Under the pieces are notes generated by a model, which saw only the letters and a program-made list of their open reading frames with translations, was not told the origin of the DNA and made no database searches. Source: an uncultured Bacteriovoracaceae bacterium (lineage in GTDB: Bacteria > Bdellovibrionota > UBA1018 > UBA923). Taken from it: DNA of 64,000 nucleotides. Where the stretch lies: the NCBI GenBank assembly GCA_964572865.1, contig CAZNGN010000008.1, forward strand, positions 31,561-95,560, read 5' to 3'. Shown one piece after another: positions 28,024 to 39,172 of the stretch. Both the position numbers and the translations under genes were made by a program. Numbering within the stretch: position 1 is the first letter of the stretch; the number at the start of each line of letters is the position of its first letter.

Positions 28024-29106
28024 TCATTCAGAGGTTTTATAAGATATTTTGAGAATTCGATTTTGGTTCTCAATGATTGAAGATCCTCTTAATTCGATTG
28101 AGTTATTTGCTTTGTTATAAACCCAACCATTTTTAGAATCATTTTTAATTTTCATTCCATCAATTTCAATCTCAATCTTTGATTTAGGAAGAGAAGTTAA
28201 TTTATAGATCGGTTCGTTTGAAAATTGTAATTGAGAAGCAATATTTACATATTCTTCTGAAAAATCAGTCGTCACATCTTTAATTGTACCTTGAAGTACA
28301 TTTTCTGAAGCTTTTAAATACACAGAAGGATACATCATAAAATCTGGTCTAATCATTTCATCTGCTTTTGGTGGTTTTGCTTTTAAATTTATAAAATAGC
28401 TGATTTTAATTTTAGTGGGATCACCTTTTATTTGACGCAATCTGTTTTGTAATTCTTGAATTCTTGAATCAACATTTTCATTTTTAGCAATAAATTCATC
28501 TTCATCAGTAATAAAAATAATTGAAAGTATGGCATCGTTTCGTAAAAAACCAGCATTCGTATGATTATTTGGACTTAATCCCAAAGTAATAGAACGTATG
28601 CATTGTTCATAATTACTGCCTTTGGTTCCCAGTTTTACGTTATTTTGAAACTTTTCAATTAAACTTGGAGTTTCGCTAGTAAGAAAATATTCACCTGGAT
28701 ATTTTGTTTTAAATGCACCATTGTCATTGATTACATCTGAAGAAACAATTCCGATGTGAAGATTCATGCCGCTATTTTCGGTAGCTTCAATAAAATTTTG
28801 AAAGTGTGAAGACAGAATGTATTGCTTATCTGCCATTGATCCTGAGTTATCTACACAAAATAAAATGTCAGCTTTATCATTACTAACCGAAGGAACAGTA
28901 AACTCTTGTGTTACAAATACAGTGTTTGATGGAGCAGTTTCTTTAATTGGTTCGTTTTGAGCAATAGGAGATGATTGTGTGCTAGAATTTTTGTCGTTTT
29001 TTTCATTTGTAAGCATATGAGAGAAGTTATAACCACTAACTCCACATCCAATTTGAGAAAAAATTACTAAAAAAATTGAGAATTTATTGAATGCGCTTAA
29101 CTTCAT
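28024..29106 (-). CDS. von Willebrand factor A (VWA) domain lipoprotein
   Basis: Lipobox QIGC. MIDAS motif DNSGSM in ADILFCVDNSGSMADKQ. Confidence 0.65.
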   Translation of the reverse strand: MKLSAFNKFSIFLVIFSQIGCGVSGYNFSHMLTNEKNDKNSSTQSSPIAQNEPIKETAPSNTVFVTQEFTVPSVSNDKADILFCVDNSGSMADKQYILSSHFQNFIEATENSGMNLHIGIVSSDVINDNGAFKTKYPGEYFLTSETPSLIEKFQNNVKLGTKGSNYEQCIRSITLGLSPNNHTNAGFLRNDAILSIIFITDEDEFIAKNENVDSRIQELQNRLRQIKGDPTKIKISYFINLKAKPPKADEMIRPDFMMYPSVYLKASENVLQGTIKDVTTDFSEEYVNIASQLQFSNEPIYKLTSLPKSKIEIEIDGMKIKNDSKNGWVYNKANNSIELRGSSIIENQNRILKISYKTSE

Positions 29107-29131
29107 ATTGCTCCTTAATAAATAGGCCTGA

Positions 29132-29160
29132 ATAATATATTATTTGATTAATTTAGTCAA
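29132..29160 (-). promoter_or_regulatory. Candidate sigma70 promoter for the VWA lipoprotein gene
   Basis: Minus strand reads TTGACT, then 17 nt, then TATTAT, followed by AAGGAG and ATG. Spotted by eye. Confidence 0.3.
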
Positions 29161-29225
29161 TTATAATATGACTAACCACTGTATAATAAATATCAATAAT
29201 TACATATATTTAGTTAGTTAGTTAA

Positions 29226-30083
29226 TTAATTAATGACATTTACTTCTGAGGGAGCGGCTTTAATTATCACTTTACCAAATTTACAGTCTTCTATGGTTAG
29301 AATTAGATAGTTTACACCTTCACCGCGACGATCCATTTCGGTTTCAATTGAGTGTACTTTTCCTGCAAATGAAACTATTTCGCCCATCGTGTATTCTTGT
29401 ACAGATGTTGTGCCGAATACGAGTTTATTTTTATATAAAGTATTTATTCCTTTAGTATAGAAATCTGAATCATCATATTTCTGAAATTTTAATTTCTTAG
29501 ATTTTACTTCAGATATCAATTGTTCTGAAAGGTCATATAATTTCTTCAAATATCCTTTGCGTGATTTCAGAGGAAATCTATATATTCCAGTGTTTAAACC
29601 TTCAAATATTTTATAATTTTTTAATTTTCGATTAGCTTCAGGCATGTAAAAATATTCTTTGAAATATAGTGGAATGATGCCGTCTGAACGATTAATTAGT
29701 TTTGGGTTTATTACTGTTGCTAGTCTATTAAATGTTCGTTCATCAGTCCAGTCTTCAATGATCATAAGTTTTTTAATTTTTGCCAAGCCATTTTGGAATA
29801 TATAATTATCTTCTCTAGAAAAACTTCCTTCGAATACTGGATTCATGTTGAAATAAGCAACATAACTTGCTTCTTTTAACTGTTCATTTGTGAGCATTTC
29901 AGAAGGAATCCAATCGTCATTTAAAGTTTTTAAAATAGATTTTATTTTTTCATTGTATTCATTTTTGTTTTGAATTTTCTCATTTTGATATGAGTCTTTA
30001 AGCATGAGTTTACATGGTAGCGTATCGGCAAATAGGCAGTTTAGTAGAAGTAATTGAGAAATTAGATATATGATAATTTTCAT
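29226..30083 (-). CDS. Secreted hypothetical protein, 285 aa, possibly with a C-terminal OB-fold (BOF/YgiW-like) domain
   Basis: Signal peptide. No catalytic motifs. The OB-fold resemblance is weak. Confidence 0.45.
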   Translation of the reverse strand: MKIIIYLISQLLLLNCLFADTLPCKLMLKDSYQNEKIQNKNEYNEKIKSILKTLNDDWIPSEMLTNEQLKEASYVAYFNMNPVFEGSFSREDNYIFQNGLAKIKKLMIIEDWTDERTFNRLATVINPKLINRSDGIIPLYFKEYFYMPEANRKLKNYKIFEGLNTGIYRFPLKSRKGYLKKLYDLSEQLISEVKSKKLKFQKYDDSDFYTKGINTLYKNKLVFGTTSVQEYTMGEIVSFAGKVHSIETEMDRRGEGVNYLILTIEDCKFGKVIIKAAPSEVNVIN

Positions 30084-30168
30084 GTAGTATTCACATTCTT
30101 TGCAAAAAATTAGTAAAACTATCTATCATTATGCGTTGAAATCAGATTTATGAAAACAGGCAGAATAG

Positions 30169-31254
30169 TTATAATTGCTGGGAATTATTTGCCCGTTTGC
30201 TTTTATCAAGCTGCCGCCACGATTTGCCTTCGCGTGCTTTTGAATTGATTTGAAATTTATTTACTGCATTTTGATGGTCTTTAAAATTGGTTGTGAATTC
30301 ATGAGTGCCATCGTTATGAGACACAAAAAATAAATACGGAGTTTCTTCAGGATTTAAAGCTGCCACGATTGCTTCTTTACCTGGATTGCAAATAGGACCT
30401 AAAGGAAGTCCTTTGATTACATAAGTATTGTAAGGTGTTTTTCGCAATAAATCTTCTCGATGAATGTTTCCTGAATAATCTGGAATTCCATAAATGACAG
30501 TTGGATCACTTTGCAGCTTCATTTTTTTCTTTAGTCGATTATGAAATACAGAGGATATTTTCGGGCGTTCAACTGCAGCACCCGTTTCTTTTTCAATTAC
30601 ACTTGCCATGGTAAGAATTTGATAGGGAGTAAAACCGATTTCGTGTGCACGAAGCTTCATTTCTTCAGTGAAAACTGATTTATGTTTTAAAACCATTTGC
30701 GCAATGATTTCATCTACTGGCATTTTTCTGCGAATTAAATAGGTGTCCGGAAATAAATAACCTTCAATATTTCCAGAAGCTGGTTTTAATCCTAACGAAG
30801 AAATGAATTTTTCGTCATTACAAAGTTTAATGAATGTATCTTTTGAATCTGGTCGAATTCCTTCTAAAATATCTGCAATTTGTTTGTGATTTAAACCTTC
30901 AGGCACTCGAAATGGAATTCCATAACTGATTCCAGAAATAATTATATTCATTACTTCATCTGGTTTCATTGAAGTTAAAAACCGATAATCACCAGCTTTA
31001 ATTTTAGAAAGGTTACCTTTAAATCTGCCGTACCAATAAAAGTACTGTGCATTTGAAATAATTCCATTGTGTTCAAGTTCTTGGATTATAGCCCAAGGCG
31101 TCATATTCTTTTCTACTTCATAGAATATGGTTTTTGGGTTCTTGTCTGACATCGGAGAGTTTATGAAATTTACAAACTGAATTCCTTTATAGACAACTAC
31201 GCCGCTAATGGCCAAAAAGATTAGCCCAATGAATAATAAACTTGCTCTCCTCAA
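30169..31254 (-). CDS. mltG: Endolytic murein transglycosylase MltG (YceG family)
   Basis: N-terminal transmembrane anchor. YceG-like domain (…SGNIEGYLFPDTY...). Confidence 0.8.
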   Translation of the reverse strand: MRRASLLFIGLIFLAISGVVVYKGIQFVNFINSPMSDKNPKTIFYEVEKNMTPWAIIQELEHNGIISNAQYFYWYGRFKGNLSKIKAGDYRFLTSMKPDEVMNIIISGISYGIPFRVPEGLNHKQIADILEGIRPDSKDTFIKLCNDEKFISSLGLKPASGNIEGYLFPDTYLIRRKMPVDEIIAQMVLKHKSVFTEEMKLRAHEIGFTPYQILTMASVIEKETGAAVERPKISSVFHNRLKKKMKLQSDPTVIYGIPDYSGNIHREDLLRKTPYNTYVIKGLPLGPICNPGKEAIVAALNPEETPYLFFVSHNDGTHEFTTNFKDHQNAVNKFQINSKAREGKSWRQLDKSKRANNSQQL

Positions 31255-31352
31255 TCATTCCTCGTAAATATAGTTGTGAATAATCTATAACCCAATCATA
31301 TCATTCTAATGATTCAATCAACAATTTAATTCTAATCAATCGAAGGAGAAAT

Positions 31353-32600
31353 ATGCATCTTAAAGAATTAAAAGAGAAAAAAATCAGCGATTTAACTGAA
31401 TTAGCAAAATCAATGGGAATCGAAAATGCTTCTTCCCTACGTAAACAAGAATTAATATTCGGAATTTTACAAAAATCAGCAGAACAAAACCAAGCGATCT
31501 ATGGCGACGGCGTTTTAGAATGCCTACCCGATGGATTCGGATTTTTACGTTCACCTGATTATAACTATCTTCCAGGTCCAGACGATATTTATGTATCACC
31601 ATCACAAATTCGTAGATTCAATTTACGAACAGGTGACACTATTTCTGGACAAATTCGTCCTCCAAAAGAATCGGAAAGATATTTTGCTCTATTGAAAGTT
31701 GAAAATTTAAACTTCAAAGACCCAGCAGAGACAAAAGATAAAATTCTTTTTGATAACTTAACTCCTCTCTATCCTAACGAGAGATTGAATTTAGAATTTG
31801 ATCCAACCAATTATTCTACACGTATTATCGACATGATGGTTCCAATCGGAAAAGGTCAACGTTGTTTGATCGTTGCTCCTCCACGTGCTGGTAAAACAGT
31901 GTTGATGCAAGATTTAGCAAACGCGATTGTGAAAAATAATCCTGAAGTTGCATTAATTGTACTTCTGATCGATGAACGTCCTGAAGAAGTGACAGATATG
32001 CAAAGAACAGTAAAAGGCGAAGTGGTCAGTTCTACATTCGATGAACAAGCTTCACGTCACGTACAAGTTGCTGAAATGGTTTTAGAGAAAGCAAAACGTT
32101 TAGCGGAAAATAAAAAAGACGTTGTTGTATTGTTAGACTCAATCACACGTCTTGCTCGTGCGTACAACACAGTAGTTCCTCCGTCAGGAAAGATATTGTC
32201 AGGCGGTGTGGATTCAAACGCGTTACATAAACCAAAACGTTTCTTCGGAGCTGCACGTAACTTAGAAGAAGGTGGTTCATTAACCATCATCGCTACTTCG
32301 TTAATTGATACAGGTTCACGTATGGATGAAGTGATTTTCGAAGAATTTAAAGGTACTGGTAACTCAGAAATTCATCTTGATCGTAAGCTTATGGAAAAAC
32401 GTATTTTCCCATGCTTAGACATCAATAAATCAGCAACTCGAAAAGAAGAATTGATCATTCCTAAAGAAGATCTTCAAAGATTGTGGATTTTAAGAAAAGT
32501 ATTACATCCGATGAATCCAGTGGATGCAATGGAATTCGTATTAGACAAAGTTGCAAAAACTAAAACCAATAAAGAATTTATTGGAGCGATGAACAGCTAA
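31353..32600 (+). CDS. rho: Transcription termination factor Rho
   Basis: N-terminal CSD-like RNA-binding domain ([14 protein letters not shown]). Walker [16 protein letters not shown]. RecA-like ATPase domain. AAGGAG RBS. Confidence 0.95.
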   Translation: MHLKELKEKKISDLTELAKSMGIENASSLRKQELIFGILQKSAEQNQAIYGDGVLECLPDGFGFLRSPDYNYLPGPDDIYVSPSQIRRFNLRTGDTISGQIRPPKESERYFALLKVENLNFKDPAETKDKILFDNLTPLYPNERLNLEFDPTNYSTRIIDMMVPIGKGQRCLIVAPPRAGKTVLMQDLANAIVKNNPEVALIVLLIDERPEEVTDMQRTVKGEVVSSTFDEQASRHVQVAEMVLEKAKRLAENKKDVVVLLDSITRLARAYNTVVPPSGKILSGGVDSNALHKPKRFFGAARNLEEGGSLTIIATSLIDTGSRMDEVIFEEFKGTGNSEIHLDRKLMEKRIFPCLDINKSATRKEELIIPKEDLQRLWILRKVLHPMNPVDAMEFVLDKVAKTKTNKEFIGAMNS

Positions 32601-32617
32601 TTCTTTTAGGAACCTAA

Positions 32618-33667
32618 ATGGCTGAAAAAAAATATACAAGTATCGGGGGGCAGGCAGTAATCGAAGGCGTGATGATGCGTTCTCCCCACTATCTTGCCAT
32701 TGCTGTTCGAAAACCTGATAGAAAAATTGTAATCAAAGAAATGAAATGGAAGGGTTGGGCTGACAAATTTCCACTCTTAAAAAAACCAGTTCTTCGTGGT
32801 GTGGTTACATTGATTGAATCAATGGTGAATGGAATTGAAGCTTTAAGCTATTCAGCAAATGTTGCTGTTGCAAATGATCCAGAAGCCACTGCAAAAAATG
32901 GTGGAAAAAAAGAAGAAATTACAACATTTGCAATGATTAGTAGTATTGCTTTTGCCTTTGCAATGGGTATGGCAATTTTTGTGGCTGCTCCCCATTTGTT
33001 GACCGCGTTTTTAGGTAAACTTGGCTTGTTTCAGCAAGGAATTGATAATCCGATATTTCATTTAATAGACGGGTTAATTAAAGTTTTATTTTTAGTTACT
33101 TATGTTTACGTGATTGCGTTCATGAAAGATATCTATCGAGTATTTCAATATCATGGCGCTGAACATAAAAGTATTTATGCTTTTGAAAGCGGATTAGAAT
33201 TAACCGTTGAAAATGCAAAAAAATATACAACTCTACATCCACGTTGTGGCACATCGTTTTTATTATTTTTATTAATTATATCAATCATCGTATTTTCATT
33301 CGTTTTTCCTGCATTTGGATTAACTAAAATTTCAAATGTTGCGATATTAAATCACTTAGGAATGATCGTAATTAAAATATTTTTAATGCTCCCTGTGGCT
33401 GGATTAAGTTATGAGTTCATTAAGTTGTCTGCAAAATATATGGGAAATCCAGTTTGTAGAACCATGATTTATCCAGGATTGATGCTTCAAAAATTAACAA
33501 CTCGTGAACCCGATGCCGATCAATTAGAAGTGGCTTTGGTTTCATTAAAACGAGTTTTATTGCTAGAAAAAAATCCTGCACTTTTAAGTGATCAAGAAAT
33601 CGAAGTATCCGGCTTAAGTGACATTCAGTCAGTACCCGCAACCGTTACAGAGTTTGCCGAGGCATAA
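32618..33667 (+). CDS. DUF1385 (YqhQ-like) membrane protein
   Basis: IGGQAVIEGVMMRSP motif. Multi-transmembrane protein. Sits upstream of prfA-prmC, as in many Firmicutes. Confidence 0.6.
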   Translation: MAEKKYTSIGGQAVIEGVMMRSPHYLAIAVRKPDRKIVIKEMKWKGWADKFPLLKKPVLRGVVTLIESMVNGIEALSYSANVAVANDPEATAKNGGKKEEITTFAMISSIAFAFAMGMAIFVAAPHLLTAFLGKLGLFQQGIDNPIFHLIDGLIKVLFLVTYVYVIAFMKDIYRVFQYHGAEHKSIYAFESGLELTVENAKKYTTLHPRCGTSFLLFLLIISIIVFSFVFPAFGLTKISNVAILNHLGMIVIKIFLMLPVAGLSYEFIKLSAKYMGNPVCRTMIYPGLMLQKLTTREPDADQLEVALVSLKRVLLLEKNPALLSDQEIEVSGLSDIQSVPATVTEFAEA

Positions 33668-34744
33668 ATGTTTTCAAAATTAGGTGACGTCGAAAGAAGA
33701 TTCGAAGAACTCGAAATGAAATTGTCTGACCCAAGCATCGCGGGAAGGCCTAATGATTTTAAAATGTTTTCAAAAGAGCGCGCAGACTTAAGTGAGTTAG
33801 TGGATGCGTATCGACGATATAAAGTGGTTACAAAAGAAATTGAATCAAATAAAGCCATGCTTGAAGAAAAAGACGAAGATATCCGTCAAATGGCTAAAGA
33901 AGAATTAAATACATTGGGCGTTGAAAAAATACAACTCGAAGAAAGAATGAAAATCCTACTTCTTCCGAAAGATCCCAATGACGATAAAAATATATTACTT
34001 GAAATTCGAGCAGGTGCAGGCGGTGAAGAAGCATCCCTATTTGTAGGGGAGTTATATCGTTTGTATCAAAAATATGCTGATACCCAAGGTTGGAGAGTTG
34101 AAGTATTGAGTGCTAACCCAACAGGACTTGGCGGATTTAAAGAAATCATTTCTATGATTTCTGGCAATAAAGTTTATAGCAAACTTAAATACGAAGGTGG
34201 AGTTCATAGAGTACAACGTGTACCTGAAACAGAAGCGCAAGGTAGAGTGCATACTTCGACTGTAACGGTTGCAGTTTTGCCAGAAGCAGAAGAAGTTGAA
34301 GTGACGATTAATCCAAACGATTTACGCATTGATGTGTTTAGAGCAGGCGGACACGGTGGTCAGTCAGTAAATACCACAGACTCTGCTGTTCGCTTAACAC
34401 ATATTCCTTCAGGATTAGTCGTAATTTGTCAGGACGAAAAAAGTCAGCTTAAAAACAAAGATAAGGCAATGAAAGTATTGCGTGCGCGCTTATTAGACAT
34501 GGAACAAGAAAAAGCTGCTAAAGAAATTTCTGATAATCGTAGAAGTATGGTGGGAACAGGCGACAGGTCAGAGCGCATTCGTACTTATAATTTTCCACAA
34601 TCAAGACTTACTGATCACCGCATTGGTTTAACATTACATAATTTGCCTGAAGTAATGGAAGGCAAAATCGGTGAAATTGTTGATTCACTGATAGCGCATC
34701 ATCAGGCAGAAATGCTCAAAGCCTCTGGGGCACAGGCTATATGA
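33668..34744 (+). CDS. prfA: Peptide chain release factor 1
   Basis: GGQ motif ([24 protein letters not shown]). PxT-type recognition region. 358 aa. Confidence 0.95.
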   Translation: MFSKLGDVERRFEELEMKLSDPSIAGRPNDFKMFSKERADLSELVDAYRRYKVVTKEIESNKAMLEEKDEDIRQMAKEELNTLGVEKIQLEERMKILLLPKDPNDDKNILLEIRAGAGGEEASLFVGELYRLYQKYADTQGWRVEVLSANPTGLGGFKEIISMISGNKVYSKLKYEGGVHRVQRVPETEAQGRVHTSTVTVAVLPEAEEVEVTINPNDLRIDVFRAGGHGGQSVNTTDSAVRLTHIPSGLVVICQDEKSQLKNKDKAMKVLRARLLDMEQEKAAKEISDNRRSMVGTGDRSERIRTYNFPQSRLTDHRIGLTLHNLPEVMEGKIGEIVDSLIAHHQAEMLKASGAQAI

Positions 34745-35535
34745 TTCCAATGCATGAGCGAAAAATATTAGAAGCTCATGTCAGAGGAGTTTCACTTTCT
34801 CAGTTAGCATTTGAACAAGAACCTCTTAATGAATTTCAAGAAACACAATTAAAAGATTTAATTAAACTGCGAATGCGAAAAATTCCGCTGCAGTATTTGG
34901 TAGGTTCACAAAATTTTTACGGAAGAGATTTCTATGTAAACACATCTGTTTTGGTTCCGCGTCCTGAAACAGAACAATTGGTTGAATTGGTATTAAAACA
35001 ATTGAGCAATTCAGAAAAATATTTTGGTTTAGACGTAGGCACAGGCTCTGGTTGCATTGCTTTGACTATTGCACTTGAGCGTCCCAACGTTCAAATGATG
35101 GCTACTGAATCTCAATCAGATGCTCTAGAAATCGCATTAGAAAATTGTAAAAATTTAAATGTAAAAAATATCAACTTCACCGAAGTTCGATATGAACCTG
35201 ATCTTTCGCAATACCATCAATTTTGTGATTTAGATTTTATTGTAAGTAATCCGCCGTATTTAATTGAAACAGATGAAGTCTCTGAAGATGTGCGCACCCA
35301 TGAACCGCAAGAAGCGCTTTTTGTTCCCGCGGAAGACGCTTTGAAATATTATAAATTTTTACTAGAATTAATGAAAATTAGATTAAAAGATAATGGTTTC
35401 GCTGCATTTGAAATTGCTGAAAATCGATCTCTAGAAACAAAACAATTATTTGATCAGGCAGGATATAGCGCGGAGGTGTTAAAAGATTTAGCAGGTCGCG
35501 ATCGAATATTATTAGTTAAAAAGGAAAATCAATAA
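34741..35535 (+). CDS. prmC: Release-factor glutamine N5-methyltransferase PrmC (HemK)
   Basis: NPPY motif (VSNPPYL). SAM-binding LDVGTGSG. Overlaps the prfA stop. Confidence 0.85.
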   Translation: MIPMHERKILEAHVRGVSLSQLAFEQEPLNEFQETQLKDLIKLRMRKIPLQYLVGSQNFYGRDFYVNTSVLVPRPETEQLVELVLKQLSNSEKYFGLDVGTGSGCIALTIALERPNVQMMATESQSDALEIALENCKNLNVKNINFTEVRYEPDLSQYHQFCDLDFIVSNPPYLIETDEVSEDVRTHEPQEALFVPAEDALKYYKFLLELMKIRLKDNGFAAFEIAENRSLETKQLFDQAGYSAEVLKDLAGRDRILLVKKENQ

Positions 35536-36872
35536 TGAAAAATAAAACTTCTGATATATGGAAAGTAATCGGCGCTTCTTCTGCAGGAACACTAATCGAG
35601 TGGTATGATTTTTATATTTTTGGAAGTCTTGCTACAATCATTTCTAATTTATTTTTTCCAAAAGGAAATGAAACAATTTCATTGATGCTCACACTTGCTA
35701 CGTTTGCTACTGGCTTTGTGGTTCGTCCGTTTGGTGCCATTTTCTTCGGAAGAATCGGAGACTTAATTGGAAGAAAATATACATTTTTAGTGACACTATT
35801 ATTAATGGGTGGTTCTACGTTCATGATTGGTTGTATTCCTACTTACGAAACAATAGGAATTGCAGCACCGATATTATTGCTCTTGCTACGCTTGCTTCAA
35901 GGATTAGCATTGGGCGGTGAGTATGGTGGAGCAGCTACATATGTAGCTGAACATAGTCCTGAAGGTAAGCGTGGATTTTACACAAGCTTTATTCAAACGA
36001 CTGCAACACTTGGATTGTTTGTTTCATTGGGAGTCATTCTGGCAACACGTAGTACTTTAGGCGAAGAAGTGTTTGCAAAATGGGGTTGGCGTATTCCATT
36101 TATACTTTCGATTTTTTTAGTAATTTTTTCTTATTTTATCAGAACTAAAATGAGTGAATCACCATTATTTCAAAAATTAAAATCTTCTGGAAAAGCATCC
36201 AAATCTCCATTGCGCGATAGTTTTTTAGAGCCAGAAAATAGAAGAATGGTTATTTTAGCACTATTGGGTGCAACAGCAGGACAAGGTGTAGTTTGGTATA
36301 CAGGTCAGTTTTATGCACTTTATTTTTTACAAACGGTTCTTAAAGTAAATTTTGTAATCGCAAATCAAATCATTGCAATGGCTTTAATTTTAGGAACTCC
36401 CTTTTTCATCGTATTTGGTTATTTATCAGACAAAATTGGAAGAAAAAAAATAATGATGACTGGAATGTTATTGGCAGCATTCACGTATTATCCGATTTAT
36501 ACTGCAATGATGACAGCATCAGGATTTAATTCTGCAACACCTGAATTAGGTTCACCAAATCCAAATGTGGTTGTTTTAACAATGCTCATTTTTATTCAAG
36601 TGATATATGTTACAATGGTTTATGGACCAATCGCAGCGTTTTTGGTTGAATTATTTCCAACTAAAATTCGTTACACCTCAATGTCACTCCCATATCACAT
36701 TGGAAACGGCGTATTTGGCGGATTGGTACCATTAATTGGCACTTGGGCTGTTAGTAAAACAGGCGATTTGCATGCAGGAGTATTTTATCCAACAGCAATT
36801 GCGTTACTATCGTTTTTAGTCGGATCTATTTTTATTAAAGAAACTTTTAAACGCACTTTATTAGATGAGTAA
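35535..36872 (+). CDS. MFS transporter of the metabolite:H+ symporter (ProP-like) family
   Basis: 12 predicted transmembrane helices. GRIGDLIGRK MFS signature. Confidence 0.7.
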   Translation: MKNKTSDIWKVIGASSAGTLIEWYDFYIFGSLATIISNLFFPKGNETISLMLTLATFATGFVVRPFGAIFFGRIGDLIGRKYTFLVTLLLMGGSTFMIGCIPTYETIGIAAPILLLLLRLLQGLALGGEYGGAATYVAEHSPEGKRGFYTSFIQTTATLGLFVSLGVILATRSTLGEEVFAKWGWRIPFILSIFLVIFSYFIRTKMSESPLFQKLKSSGKASKSPLRDSFLEPENRRMVILALLGATAGQGVVWYTGQFYALYFLQTVLKVNFVIANQIIAMALILGTPFFIVFGYLSDKIGRKKIMMTGMLLAAFTYYPIYTAMMTASGFNSATPELGSPNPNVVVLTMLIFIQVIYVTMVYGPIAAFLVELFPTKIRYTSMSLPYHIGNGVFGGLVPLIGTWAVSKTGDLHAGVFYPTAIALLSFLVGSIFIKETFKRTLLDE

Positions 36873-36943
36873 AAATATATTATATAAGAATTCACTGGTC
36901 GTAACAGTATGATTTTCATAATATATAACAATAGAGTACTCAA

Positions 36944-38215
36944 ATGGATAAATTAGTCATACAAGGTGGACATAAATTAAAAGGTTCAATTAAGGTAGGA
37001 GGAGCGAAAAACTCAGCCCTTCCCATTTTATTTGCAACCGTTTTAACTGATGGAGAATGTCAGTTAGAAAATGTTCCCAACTTATCAGACATTGTAACTA
37101 CAATTCGGCTTCTCTCAATGATGGGTGTAGATGTTCGTCCAAAATTAAATGATCATAAAGTTTCTGTTCAGGCAAAATCATTAACTAATTTTGAAGCACC
37201 ATATGATTTAGTAAGAACCATGAGAGCATCCGTTTTAATTTTAGGTCCATTGCTAGCTCGATTTAAAAAAGCAAAGGTTTCTTTACCAGGGGGATGTAGC
37301 ATTGGCGCTCGTCCCGTGAATTTGCATTTAATGGGTTTTGAAAAAATGGGAGCTCGAATCAAAATCGAACAAGGTTATATTTTTGCTGAGACTGATGGAT
37401 TGGTAGGAGCTGATATTACATTTGATCAAGTATCTGTGGGTGCTACTGAGAATGTGATGATGGCAGCAACTCTTGCAAAAGGAAAAACAATTTTAAGAAA
37501 TTGTGCTCAAGAACCTGAAATTGATGATTTGGCAGATTTTTTAAATCAATGTGGAGCAAAAATTACGGGTGCTGGAACTCCTACTATTATGATTGAGGGA
37601 GTTGCAAAATTAAATGGATGTCGACATGCAGTGATTGCAGATCGAATAGAAGCAGGAACTTATTTAATTGCTGCAGCTATGACGGGTGGAGATGTTGAAC
37701 TGACTGATATTCCGCCACAATTTTTAACAGCACTGATTGATAAACTGGAAGACTGTGGATTTGAAATTAAAATTGGAGACGATACAGTATCGCTAAAAAC
37801 AACTAGCCATTCTTTTAAAGCACAGGACATTTCAACAATGCCGTTTCCAGGTTTTGCAACTGATATGCAAGCACAATATATGGCACTGATGTCAATTTGT
37901 GATGGTACTTCAGTGATCAAAGAAAATATTTTTGAAAATAGATTCATGCATGTGCCCGAATTAGTACGTTTAGGTGCAGATGTCACCATTCAAGGAAATA
38001 CTGCAATCGTACGTGGACTGCGTGGCAAAGGGAATTTAACAGGTGCTACGGTGATGGCTACAGATTTGCGAGCTTCTGCATGTTTAATTTTAGCAGGACT
38101 TGCAGCCTATGGTGAAACAACTGTAAGAAGAGTGTATCATCTTGATCGTGGTTACGAACAAATGGAAGTCAAACTCAATCAATTGGGTGCAAAAATTGTG
38201 AGAGCTGAGGAATAG
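36944..38215 (+). CDS. murA: UDP-N-acetylglucosamine 1-carboxyvinyltransferase MurA
   Basis: MDKLVIQGGHKLKGSIKVGGAKNSALPILFA... is collinear with MurA and includes the active-site Cys region (GGCSIGARP). Confidence 0.95.
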   Translation: MDKLVIQGGHKLKGSIKVGGAKNSALPILFATVLTDGECQLENVPNLSDIVTTIRLLSMMGVDVRPKLNDHKVSVQAKSLTNFEAPYDLVRTMRASVLILGPLLARFKKAKVSLPGGCSIGARPVNLHLMGFEKMGARIKIEQGYIFAETDGLVGADITFDQVSVGATENVMMAATLAKGKTILRNCAQEPEIDDLADFLNQCGAKITGAGTPTIMIEGVAKLNGCRHAVIADRIEAGTYLIAAAMTGGDVELTDIPPQFLTALIDKLEDCGFEIKIGDDTVSLKTTSHSFKAQDISTMPFPGFATDMQAQYMALMSICDGTSVIKENIFENRFMHVPELVRLGADVTIQGNTAIVRGLRGKGNLTGATVMATDLRASACLILAGLAAYGETTVRRVYHLDRGYEQMEVKLNQLGAKIVRAEE

Positions 38216-38217
38216 TA

Positions 38218-39165
38218 ATGATAACGGTCGTGATTCCTTGCTTTAAAGTTAAAAAACATATTTTAGATTTGCTTTCGCAAATCGGTTCAGAAGTTCATCG
38301 AATTTATGTTGTCGATGATAAATGCCCTGAAGAAACCGGAAAGTATGTAAAAGAAAATTGCAAAGACTCACGCGTTCAAGTTCTGTTTAATGAAAAAAAT
38401 ATGGGTGTGGGCGGAGCAATGATCACAGGATTTCGACAATGCATTCGTGATGGAGCTTCTATTGTTGTAAAACTAGATGGCGACGGTCAAATGAATCCTA
38501 AAATCATATCAAAATTTATAAAGCCAATTCAGGATGGAGAAGCTGATTATACAAAAGGAAATCGATTTTTTCTTTTAGAATCACTTCAATCAATGCCATT
38601 GATACGTAAAATAGGTAATGCGGGTTTATCTTTTATTACCAAAGTTTCTACCGGTTATTGGCGTATTATGGATCCTAGTAATGGTTTTTTTGCCATACAT
38701 GGAAAAGTATTAAAATACTTACCTTTAGATAAAATAGATAATAGATATTTTTTTGAAAGCGATATGTTGTTTAGGCTCAATATTATTCGAGCAGTCGTTG
38801 CAGATATCCCAATGGATGCTGTTTATGAAAATGAAAAAAGCAATTTAAGTGTAACTAAAACTTTTTTTAGTTTTCCTATAAAACATTTTATACGATTTTA
38901 TAAACGAATTATTTATAATTACTTTTTACGGGACTTTAATTCGGCCTCACTTCAATTAATAATGGCTAAAATATTAATTTGGTTTGGTGTAATTTTTGGT
39001 TCATACCATTGGTGGAAAGGCGAAGTGCAAGGTATTCCAGCTACCTCTGGAACTGTAATGATTGCAACACTTCCTATCATTATTGGTTTTCAGCTTATGC
39101 TCGCTGCAATTCAATATGATGTAAGTTCAACGCCCACTGAACCCATTCATTCTAAAATAGAGTAG
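38218..39165 (+). CDS. Family 2 glycosyltransferase, polyprenol-phosphate (GtrB/ArnC-like), with C-terminal transmembrane helices
   Basis: VVIPCFK...VVDDKCPEETG...DGDGQ GT2 DXD region. Two C-terminal transmembrane helices. Confidence 0.7.
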   Translation: MITVVIPCFKVKKHILDLLSQIGSEVHRIYVVDDKCPEETGKYVKENCKDSRVQVLFNEKNMGVGGAMITGFRQCIRDGASIVVKLDGDGQMNPKIISKFIKPIQDGEADYTKGNRFFLLESLQSMPLIRKIGNAGLSFITKVSTGYWRIMDPSNGFFAIHGKVLKYLPLDKIDNRYFFESDMLFRLNIIRAVVADIPMDAVYENEKSNLSVTKTFFSFPIKHFIRFYKRIIYNYFLRDFNSASLQLIMAKILIWFGVIFGSYHWWKGEVQGIPATSGTVMIATLPIIIGFQLMLAAIQYDVSSTPTEPIHSKIE

Positions 39166-39172
39166 GTAACAA

